64,000 nucleotides of DNA from Aplysia californica (lineage: Eukaryota), in the NCBI RefSeq assembly GCF_000002075.1, contig NW_004797385.1, forward strand, positions 474,731 through 538,730, given 5' to 3'. The translations under genes were made by a program, and so were the position numbers. Shown here piece after piece: positions 35,225-46,217 of the stretch (its first letter is position 1; each line of letters opens with the position of its first letter). The notes under the pieces were generated by a model. It worked only from the letters and a program-made list of their open reading frames with translations. It was not told the origin of the DNA and made no database searches.

Positions 35225-37613
35225 GGCCACCTCTATTCTCACCCCGGGTGAGAATAGCGCAGGCGAGCCTTTTGGCTATTCTCACCCGGTGTGCGTTCAC
35301 CGTTATAGCCTAGACCAACTAGTGCAGCGTTCACCCTGAACCACAGAATTCTACACTGTGATAACAGAACTGTAGAATTCTGTGCGGTGAACAAACGTTC
35401 CAGGCCTCTTGTGTTACTACTGTTAGCCTAAAACTAAAAGTAAAAGCGTGCAATNNNNNNNNNNNNNNNNNNNNNNNNNNNNNNNNNNNNNNNNNNNNNN
35501 NNNNNNNNNNNNNNNNNNNNNNNNNNNNNNNNNNNNNNNNNNNNNNNNNNNNNNNNNNNNNNNNNNNNNNNNNNNNNNNNNNTCCGGGCAAAACAAAATG
35601 GCGACCCACGTAGTTCGGCTCGATTCGAAAAGTTAAATAGCCGTAGATCTTTGTAGACGACCAAATTAATTTACTTTTATGTTTTAACATCATTTTTAAA
35701 AACTTTGTTTTGGTCAATTTGATCATCCACACCGATAGACAATATTCAGAAAGAGACAGTGAGAGAGAGGGGGGGGGGGGGGGAGGAGTAGATCTTGCGA
35801 GAACTTCCGGGCAAAACAAAATGGCGACCCCCGCAGTTCGGCTTGATTCAAAAAGTGAAATAGCCATGGCATCTTTCTAGATCTAGATAGATTTAGATCT
35901 AGATCAAGATTTAGATCTAGATCTTCATTAGACGATCAAATTAGCTTACTTATTATCTTTGTGCTATAATAACGTCATTTTTTCCTTGCTTTTTTGTCAA
36001 TTTGATCATCCACACCGATGACAGTTGGACTCGAGTCCGAATAACATTTTTTCATATTCGGACTCGAGTCCAAATAAAAAAATTTCTTATTCAGACTCGA
36101 GTCCGAATATGAAAAAATGTTATTCAGACTCGGGTCCGGAAAAAAGGAAGGGTCTTCGTATAGATCTAACGTTCAGTGCTTCCAATTTTCCGCCATTTTT
36201 TAGTTTCCCCCACACCTTTTCTGCCGATCCGATGCCCGCTGCCTCATTGATACCCCCTCCCCCCCCCAACGTTTCCCACTTTTTTTGTTGTAGAAAAAGG
36301 TAAAATTGAAGATTAGCAGACCACTTGGCACCTGCATATTATGAGCTGTGTAAAAAAAAAAAAGACCGATTCGTTCAAATACACAAGCCTGTATCATATC
36401 GATTGTTTACCAAGAAAAAGTTGTGTTGCTGTGTAGAGCTGAGCATACGGCAACTTTTGATTCCATAGACCAGCGCACAATTCATTACGTAGATCTACGT
36501 CAAGACTAGCTTATTAATGTAATAATGATCAGCTGCCGGGGGGAAAAAGACTGACGTGTATGCGACGTTCAACGCCCGGACCGATAGTGCCCCGACACGC
36601 ACACAGCCACACGTGTGCAGGCCGCCCATCCGACCCCGACACACGCTAACGAGCCATCTTTAATTGCTTCTGATGACCTCTTGACAAATAAACATTTATT
36701 AGAAGCGCTATAACTTTTCAGGCTGGCCTCAAATTCATCATAAGATTAAAACTCGGCTCCTGCACAAAACGCCTTTATATATATAGATGCCCGAAGTGAT
36801 CCCGGTCTCTACCCAGCCTGAGGCGAGTCACGAGTGAGGCAGGACAGGAAGCCGGATTCACGAGTCACAGGAAGTCGGAAGTCGGAAGTGATGTCATGCT
36901 GGACAAGAATCAGAGTCCGAATAACATTTTTTCATATTCGGACTCGAGTCCGAATAGTCACTTCGATTCCGAAATTAGGAAAAACAGGTCTTGTTTCACA
37001 TCGGGTGAGAATAGCCAACGCTGGCAAGTCTCACCCGGTGTGAAACAAGACCTGTTTTTCCTCATTTTGGAATACTGTCTATCGGTGTGGATGATCAAAA
37101 TCAAATTGATAAAAGCGCTATTCTCACCCCGGGTTACTGTTTTATATTCTCACCCGCCCGGAAGTTCTCGCAAGATCAACTCCTCCCCTCTTCTCTCTCT
37201 CTCTGTCTCTTTCTGAATACTGTCTATTCGGTGTGGACGATCAAATTGACCAAAACAAAGTTAAAAAATGATGTTAAAACATAAAAGTAAATTAATTTGG
37301 TTGTCTACAAAAATGCTACGGCTATTTAACTTTTCGAATCGAGCCGAACTACGCGGGTCGCCATTTTGTTTTGCCCGGAAATTCTCACGCTACTCCTCTC
37401 TCTCTTTCTCTCTCTCCACTGCCCACAGACAAAATTGTACGCTTTTAGTAGGCTACAGTTGTAATGGAACGTTTGTTCACGGTACAGAATTCTAAAATTT
37501 TTCTGTTATCACAGTGTAGAATTCTGTGGTTTAGGGTGAACGCAAAATTTGGTGAACGCGCACCGGGAGAGAATAGCCACAAGACTCGCCTGCACTATTC
37601 TATAGAGGTGGCC
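35225..37613. mobile_element. Foldback-type element with long inverted arms (about 35225-36140 and 36905-37613) and modular subrepeats
   Basis: Ends ggccacctcta and tagaggtggcc. The arms share in inverted orientation tccgggcaaaacaaaatggcgaccc..gttcggctcgattcgaaaagttaaatagc and ccacagaattctacactgtgataacaga, plus repeated tattctcacccgg and tattcggactcgagtccgaata units. Confidence 0.8.
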
Positions 37614-37659
37614 ATTTCATTACTCTTGTGGCCAAAACCGGAGATTGCCTACTCAGTAC

Positions 37660-37810
37660 CTTTGATTTTGTCACACACTAGTGTTTTGTTTTGGTTTAGA
37701 CAGCGCCGACCGTTGAAAGTAAGATTGACTCCAGACTCTGTCCAGTACAACAAATTTCCACAACATTGAAGTCCCCGCGTCCGCGTAATAAGCAATCTTC
37801 GTTTCCGGAT
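37660..37810 (-). promoter_or_regulatory. Candidate RAD51 non-coding first exon and promoter
   Basis: Minus-strand donor AAG|gtactgag at 37660/37659; CpG-rich patch with cgcggacgcgggg and an ETS-like ccggaa at 37770-37810. Inference only. Confidence 0.3.
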
Positions 37811-40185
37811 GTTGTATCGCTCTTTTGTCTTTTAGGTATACGTTTGTGACCTCCGTTATCAGGACCGATCACTCCTATTTTAGATCTAGACTACTAGACC
37901 TCTAGATTAGAAGAATGCCTTTTGTAAAGTAAACAAACAAGGGCAAGGGCACTCCAAACAGAATCGATCGTCAGAAGTAGGCCTAGCCTACACTTAATCT
38001 AGATCTAGATTCTAGATCTACACAGTTCAGACCTCTCATACCTCCCTTTAATTTTGGTAACCATTCCGTTGCTATAATAATTATAGTTAGAATCTCTAGA
38101 TCTAGTGTTATGTTATAGTTATAGATCTCCATTATAGATCTAGAGGGCTGCTGATTTTTTATCATCTGCCGTCGTTAGGAAGGGATAGCGACGTATTGTC
38201 AAAATTTTTCGATTTTTTTATTTGTATATAGATCTAGATCTAGATCTAGATCTAGATATAGATATAGATCTAGAATTTCATAGAGTATTTTAATTTAATT
38301 CTGGATCTGATGGTGTAAAAATTTTTGTTATCTAATCCGTTGTTGCGTAATTGAGAGTTTGTCATTTTCCCTTTCACTGGCGAGCTCCGAGCCAGAGCTC
38401 AGTGTAAGGGAGTCTACTAATGACGAATGGTCGATTGGCCAAGGATCACTGCTCGTTCGTCGTTGTCCCCTGGTCTCTGCCGTTGGGGAAATTCGGCATG
38501 GGCGACGAATGACAATTGGTCACTGTTGCGTCTGTACAAACATATAGAGTTAGGTTTTTTGCAAATAAATTTCTACCACCCCCTCCCCCAGAGTACAATC
38601 GACCAGGGTTTAAGAAGGTCTTTCTGTCTGTCTTCATGTATTAGGCAGATATGCTGATGGTGTGAGTTTACAAGAGCAGGCTTGAGAGAGGGGAAAACGA
38701 ATGGGAACAGGGGAAAAGGGGTGGGGATGGGAGGGTCAAGAAAGTATTTAGGGAGAAATGTATTAGCACTGCATATTAGTGTCTGCCAGATGTTCACAGA
38801 CTAACGTCATGTTAGTTTGCTGTGTTGCACTGGGGTTGTTTGCCATTATTGTATTTAATAATGCAAAAGTAAAAACTCCGTTTCTAGATGAAGAAGGGTA
38901 ATTTAATGATGAAAATAATATGAGGTCTGCCCTCTCTGGCTTCACTGACAAAACTAAATAAATCATAATGAGCATGAAAAGTACATGTGATTGAAACAGG
39001 AAGGAGGAGTGAGTAAAGATCACTAAGATCAGACAATCTTTGTTGTGAGGGTAGATAAATAAAAGTAGGGCTTACAATTACAGGGACATAATTCAACATG
39101 TTAATATAAGGACCAACAATCCAGGATTTATTGTTTCCCTTCTGTATATATGATACAAGCAATCTAATAGTCTAACATGCTGTCCAGTCATTTGACATCC
39201 CAAATCCCAACGATGGTTATAGAGCCGCAATTTGTCTAGCACGTGTCACTGGTCGACATCATATAAATAGAATTACCAAGCAATTAATGACACTGCGTTA
39301 TATAAGAGTAAATTTCTTTGTCCAACTTAAAAAGTGGACCTATTTTGGTGACCCTTAGTCTTGCTTAACAATTTTTTATGACTTGATGGACGTTACGTTG
39401 GAGTTATTTGCAGAATCAAACTGTCCTTGTCGATCTCTACTTTGTGGTATGTTTTCTGATCTGATCTACTGAATCCTTTATTACAAATCGTCGCATTACC
39501 TCTCCCGAAAGCGTTTGTGATGCAGTCTTGTCAGATTGTTACATTGTATTTTTTATGTGAAAGCTTTACTTTGCAATGATCTGATCGTATTATTGACATT
39601 GTAACATTGTTGATCCCTTTGGTCGTGCAGGGAAAATTTTGCAATTAGCGAAAATAAAAGTAAAACTCGCTTCTGAAGAGAATACAATAAAGAGATATAA
39701 TACCATGGAGACTAAACTTTGGTTCCGAATGAGACAGTGTTAAATCAAGCTGTTGAAAATGTGTTCACATCTGATTTGTACACTGAATGTGTGTAGTATT
39801 TAACCAAGCGAGGAAGGGAAACGAAGGACGTTTACCGAGTTGGGATATAACAAACACCTAACTTTATACTTTTATATTAGCTAGTTTTTATACGTCGTAT
39901 TTTTATTTGTAGTAAACCAGTACCGGTACACAGTTTATTACTGTCAATTATGCGTAGCAACTGACCATCGCCTACGCCCATAAACGTTCACGAGTGTAAA
40001 GGAAAAAGACGAACTGTACCATATACGTCGTTTTCTCTTACATCGCAAGGCTTACTTGCGGGTGCGCAATGTAAGGGAGAACGACGAATGTCGAATAACT
40101 TTGCTACTTTTTAACCTAAACCATTCAAACTTTAGAAACTGCTTTATGAACACATCAATCAGATATCTTGTGAATTACAGCTTAA

Positions 40186-40791
40186 CACTTACCCTACCAC
40201 GGGCCGCATAATGCGAAATAAGACACGAAATTCTCGGCAGATCCATGTTTTTAAAATGATAGAATAGACTTCCTGTTAGCAGATACAAAAGAAAATAGCA
40301 CTGAGAGACGAATTTTAGTCATTTCAGTGCTTTTTTTGTCCCCTTCGAAACGTAAATATGTGGGAAAAAAGCGCTACACTGACTTCAGTATATATGTCTC
40401 ATATTTTCACTTCTGTATAGGTACATACATGAATTTCAGCATTTATTCGCATTACTTGAGGCAACCTACTTGGGAAGTTTGAATTATGCTGCTGTTGCAC
40501 TTTTTAAGATATGACCTTTCAAAACTGGAAAATTATTGATTTCTTATGACGCCTTCGATATTGCATAATTACTTTTAGAAACCCCAAAGTAATATAATTG
40601 GAATAAATCTTCAATATTGTATCGCCATCTGATAGATTATTTTTTAACCTTCAGTTTGATGGTCCATAAGATATGGTTTGTGTGTGTTTAGTTGGATGTT
40701 TTCACATTATCTTTTGGCGGGGTAGAGGCGTAAAAATAGGTCATGGAAAAGCCCTGGGCCAGTGGTGGATTTTGGCCTGGTAGGTAAAGAG
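40186..40791. mobile_element. piggyBac-like MITE, TTAA TSD
   Basis: TTAA|cacttaccctacca ... tggtaggtaaagag|TTAA. Confidence 0.65.
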
Positions 40792-41095
40792 TTAAAAGAG
40801 TGAAAAATAGAAGAGTTATAAAGTGAAAACAGTTTTTGCCTCTCCTGAAAAATTTGCCTCGCTACCTGCGCAGGATCATTTGTTGTTTTCCCTTACGACG
40901 GCAGAACAGTTGTAGGTCTTTGCGATCATAAGAGAAGACACAGTGGTGTCAGTAGTAGATATATATATATCTAGGCCTACATTTCTAGAGATCTAGATCT
41001 AGATAGATCTAGATTCTAGATCTAAATCTAGATTTAGATTAGTATTAGATCTAGATCTAGAATCTAACTTCGTAGCCCAAACAGCAATGTCATGT

Positions 41096-41455
41096 GGCGT
41101 CGGGGGCCTAGTGGTTAGGCTCTTGGACTCGCAACCATAAGGTCGTGGGTTTGAATCCCGTAAAGGGCCCGACGTTGTGTCCTTGGGAAAGGCACTTTAC
41201 ACGAATTTTCCTCACTTCACCCAGGTGGGAATGGGTACCCGGCTATAGACAGCGAAAGATCTTGTCAGTTTGTTAGTGTTTGAGCGCTTAATCAGCTGCT
41301 TGCACTGTATGCTTCCCGAGAAGCTGAGAATGTTTCGGAGTGTTCTATGGTCTGCTGGGGTAATAATATAGTGTAAAGCGCATGGACAGAGCCTGCTGTT
41401 GAGCTGGGATATGCGCTATACAAATGCTATTTATTTATTATTATTATTATTATTA
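41096..41455 (+). mobile_element. tRNA-derived SINE family B with L2-type tail
   Basis: A-box ggcctagtgg, B-box ggtttgaatcc, central ccttgggaaaggcacttt..cccaggtgggaatgggtacc, tail tgtaaagcgc..gcgctatacaaatgc+(tta)n. Other copies at 26038-26372, 55615-55790 and 535-602. Confidence 0.88.
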
Positions 41456-41552
41456 AATTTAGATCTAGATCTAGAAGAGAATCTAGAGTTCTAGAATCTA
41501 AATCATAAGATCTATAAACTAGGCCTATCTTTCTAGATCTACAATTATTTTA

Positions 41553-42534
41553 CGCAGTGGCCGTGTTCATGACACTGTGAACGTAGTTTGCAGGGTACGT
41601 TAACGGCACCCTGAATGCAGTTTGCAGGCGCTGTTGAGGCTACGTTCACAGCACTCAAGCTTCGTTTAGATGGAGCGTCCACTGCCAGTTTAAATAAGCT
41701 GGTTTTAATCAGTGACGTATATATTTTGGCCTGCTTCAAGCGTTCCATCCCATGAGATGTAGAAAAAAGAAGCAGTGATCCTTGACCGATCGACCATTCG
41801 TCGTTCTCCCTTACACTGAGCTCTGGCTCAGAGCTTGCCAGTATAAGGGAAAACGACGAACTCTTTATGCAACAACGCATTAGGAATAAAAATGTATACG
41901 CCTATCAAGATGTTTCAGTTGCCCTATCTTGCGTCCGGGCGAGACTTGGGCGCGCCCTTTTGTTAGCGCCTGACGGCCCGTGATAAACAAACGTTCCAGC
42001 GCTCTCGAGTTGATTGAAAGTGTGCAATTTTGTCAGCAGGCAGTTAGAGGGAGAGTGAGAGAGTTCTGGGGGGGGGGAGAAAAAAGGAGGGAGAGATAGA
42101 CAGAGACAGAGAAAAATAAAGAGAGAAGGGAGGGAAAGAAAGAGAGAAGGAAAGAGAAAGGGGAGAGAGAGAGAGAGAGAGAGCGGGCGTTTGTTATTAA
42201 TATAATAAGAATGATTGATTCCCGTCATTTCCTCTCTGCATCCGTTCCCAGGCTGACCCGGTGCAATACAATCATTATTGTACACATTTTATGACCTGTC
42301 CTATCGTCAAAATCCCACCTTCTGTTTCCCATCTCTTGCCTCTTGTTCCCCCTTACCGTATCCGATTTTCCATAAATTATCCCATACATCCCGATTTTAA
42401 TTCTGCAAGGGCGCTTCGTTTTCCTTCATCTCATGGCAGTGGACGCTCCCCCTAAACGAAGCTTTAGTGCCGTGAACGTAGCTTCAAAAGCACCTGCCAA
42501 CTGCACTCAGGGCGCTGTGATCGTAGCCACTGCG
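41553..42534. mobile_element. Mutator-like (MULE) non-autonomous element with ~100-135-bp TIRs and 9-bp TSD
   Basis: cgcagtggc...ggagcgtccactgcca (41553-41687) is inverted at 42433-42534; perfect TSD attatttta at 41544-41552 and 42535-42543. Confidence 0.85.
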
Positions 42535-43404
42535 ATTATTTTAATTATTAATTTTTTTTTTAAAGAATAAACAAAAAACAAAACCTAAAATCTATAAGCT
42601 CAAAAAGTGAGATCAAATCTGTTGTAATTTATATCGTATCGTGCATGCCAATGAATTTGAATTGTCATGTTACCACAGACTGCAAACAAAGGATCGGCTT
42701 TTGCGCATGGCATTTAAAAGCATGCCGGCGAAAAAAAATAAACACACTATGAGAGACAAAGGTCGTTGGGAATGTTACATTGGACGAACATCGGCTCTGT
42801 TTTCAAAACGGCTTAAAAATTCGAAATAAGACACATTCCTTCAAAATTCTTTTCTTACTGAGCAGTGTAGGAATGGTTCAGCATCAGTTTCCCATACAAG
42901 GAAGAAAGCTGAACCCTCCTGTTTGTGACTGTTTGAGGACATTTTTTTCCAGTTCAAAATGGACGAACACATGAAACAATCCTCACAACTAAACAACAGG
43001 CCTCAGCGACCTCATACAGGGAAAGTGTGTGTTTTTTGCACACACTATTCCAAAGTCTTGCTCATTGCTAATTCTAATGGAAAGGTGCCTCTTTATACAA
43101 GAAACAAACAGTTTTGTTGCTTGGAGACCAAACCCATTACCGGCACCATTTCCTTGTTACTTTTTTCACTCAGAAAAACACCTCTTTTTTAGCTGTAACT
43201 GTTTCTCATCAGACAACATGGACTTTTAACAGTTTTTCAAGCTTATTAGTGATTCTTCAACATCATTTCTTTGCACTGATACTGGTACCAAAATAAGTAT
43301 GCTTGGTGTCTTTTAATGTTTGTAGTTGACATTCAAAATAGACTAGGAACTTAGTAAACAGTTCTGGTGGAATGACCCATTCTAAGATCTAGATCTAGTG
43401 AATG

Positions 43405-43872
43405 TTTTTGTTATTTTATTTTGTTTTTGGTTATGTGTTTTACGGAGCTCGCAACTGCATAAGGTCAAATGAGCGTGCAGGACACATAAACATTTTCAGT
43501 TGGTAGGAAATTTTGAATTTTACCTGAGTGGCGATCGAAGCCTACTCTTTTATAGCTTTTGGACCACTAAGGAATCTATCTATCTTTAACGTCTGCAACT
43601 TGCAAACGGGACTTCCGAGATTTTTCGCCCTTGTCCGAGAAGGCTAGGTGTAGATCTTTCCTACCACAAGATCAGGGGTGTGGCTGAAAGACAGCAGTAA
43701 GAAGGAGCCAAGGAGTAGCAGTAGAAAGGCTTAGACAGAAAGAGTCAGGATCCCAGAGGAGGGACAAAGGAGGTGAGGCGGTGGGGACAGGAAGTGGAGA
43801 CGAAAGCAGACTACAAAACATTCAACATTGTTAGAGAGCAGTAAAGGATGTGAAATGAGAAAATTTTAGAAA
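43405..43872 (-). mobile_element. SINE family A, lacking the tRNA head
   Basis: Colinear with the body and tail of 20861-21390. Confidence 0.88.
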
Positions 43873-43922
43873 ATTACTTTCCCTTTCGTTTCACACTTAA
43901 CTATTATACATAGATCTGTATA

Positions 43923-44736
43923 CAGTGGAACTCGGATTCAACGAGGTCGCCAGGCCTAACCTAAAATCTCGTTGAATCCGAGTGTTCGTTATAGCAAATA
44001 TGAAGTTTTATGTAGATAATTAGAGGCACTGAGCAAGTAATGTATTTAAGAGAAGTCACAAGTAATGCCTGAAATGCCTGCATATTATGAGCTGTGTAAA
44101 AAAAAAGACCGATTCGTTCTAATGCACACATCTGAGTCATCTCGATTGTTTACCAAAAAGTTGTGTTGCTGTGCAGAGCCTAGCATACGGCAACTTTTGA
44201 TTCCATAGACCAGCGCACAATTCATTAAGTAGATCTACGTCAAGACTAGCTTATCATTGCAATAGCTATCAGTTGCCGAGGGAAAAAAGACTCTGACGCG
44301 TTTGTATCTGCGATGTTCAACGCCCAGACCGCTAGTGCCCCCCCCCTCTCCTGACATGCACACACAGCCACACGTGTGCAGGCTGCCCATCCGACTCCGA
44401 CACACGCCAGAGTAGACACGTTCGCGTGTCAACAACGCATGTGTTGGTATGGAAAAAGGCCGCTGATTGGTCGCATGCGATCGGCTAAGTGAATAATAGT
44501 TCACGATGTAGGTTCAAAGGATGGTTTTCGTGTATAAAGTTCGTTCAGGGAGAAAAATGATCGAAGCCACGTCTGCTGGGGCTGTTCACCCTGGAAGCGA
44601 CCTCGTTGAATCCGAGCTCGCTGGTTTAAGTGCTCGTTGAATCCGGGTTATTTTTATTGACTTTAAAGAAGAAAAAAAACGGGGAATCCATCTCATCTCG
44701 TTGAATCCGAGTTCTCGTTGAATCCGAGCTCCACTG
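43923..44736. mobile_element. pogo/Tigger-like MITE, TA TSD
   Basis: TA|cagtggaactcggattcaacgag ... ctcgttgaatccgagctccactg|TA; several subterminal ctcgttgaatccg repeats. Confidence 0.9.
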
Positions 44737-45436
44737 TATTATCTTGTGTCAATTTTCTAAAATGTATTGATACAATGAACACGAATATCGACCTCATTTC
44801 AGTCACAAATTAATAGTTTGAAAAATATTTGATGTTTTTTTATGAAACTGCATCACATTATTAGCCTAACTACTAACTGAGTAGTAGTTTCTGCGCTTTA
44901 GACCAATCGGGGGGGGGGGGGGGGGGGGGTGAGGGGGGCATGTCCCCCTGAATTGAAAAAAAAATATTTGGGGGTTACTTGTTCTTACCTATATTTTTAG
45001 GTTTTGCAGTCAGGTTTGAAATTTTCTTGAAAATGAGTGATTTGTGACAGTTTTAGTAGATGTGTGACCGCATGAATAAGTACTGCAGTTTAACACCCTA
45101 AGCAGTGCATCTGTGTACGGGAGTGAAAGTAAAATTTTACCAAAATAAATAGCCTGATTATTTAATCCTTTTTGAGCCATACCGGCCAAAACCGGCCTTC
45201 TCGTCATGTTGCCATACCGGCTTTCTCGCTTTAGAGCCGTACCGGCTTTTATCGGCTTGACACACCCGCCTTTAGTGCAGGCTTAGAAATAAGAACATTT
45301 CACTCAAATTTAAATGCTGACGTCCTAGGTCTTTATATAATGTGAAATGTCATTGAAATATATGTTGCTTAAAAATCAAATGCAAAAAAGCAATTTCCTT
45401 GCTACACCCCTTGAACCTTTTAAAAACACTGGAATA

Positions 45437-45655
45437 ATCGGTCGTTTTTAGGGACAAGTGGGCTAACCCATATTTCGGGGGTTTCAAGAAATCTTAACCT
45501 GCACCAAAAATAGGCATTGCCCTACCTAAAGGAGAAGTTTGGTTTCATTGGTGCGTACATATTTGTTTGGTTATAGAGAGAACTCTCCTTGTCTTTTAGA
45601 TTTTCTCCAAACAGTTTTTTTCGGGATAGCCCCCTTGTGCTTAAAAGCGACCAAT
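45437..45655. mobile_element. MITE with attggtcgcttttaag TIRs (copy 2)
   Basis: atcggtcgtttttagggacaag ... cttgtgcttaaaagcgaccaat; reverse homolog of 19086-19340. Confidence 0.8.
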
Positions 45656-46217
45656 TCGGTTCTGGGAAGCCAGCAGCTGGCCACCATTTTGGTCCTGCTA
45701 TGCTGACCTGTTGACCTTTATATATAATCTATTAATGGTGCTAAGAAGAGGGTTAATTAATAAAAATGGACCACAGCTAAGAGAGTTCATACATGCTGAT
45801 TCAATTCTCTGTTATACACTCACATATCTCTGATCTTTAGACTTTAGAGTTTGAACGTGGACTAATTTAGTTGCAGAAAAGGAAAGTCGAAGAAAGTGCA
45901 GGGCTACTCCGCAAACCATAATTAGCCTGTTTGCTTATGTCAGGTGTTTGTTCAACTTGTTGGTCTTGTTTAAATGTCTTGGCCTCTGAAAAGAACTAGT
46001 TAATTACCTGAGCAACTTAATAGAGAAAGTTTCCTTTTGTAAGTGAAGTGATCACCTGTCTTGTGCCTGTGCAGCCTGTACTGTTCATGTGCATTGTCTG
46101 AGTAAACTTAATGAACTGACAGAAAATATGACCAGTGTTTTCTGTGACTTGTGAAATCTTAATCTTATGTTACAGTGTCATGACCAGCTCAGCAGAAACA
46201 GCTTGAAAAGTTTCACC

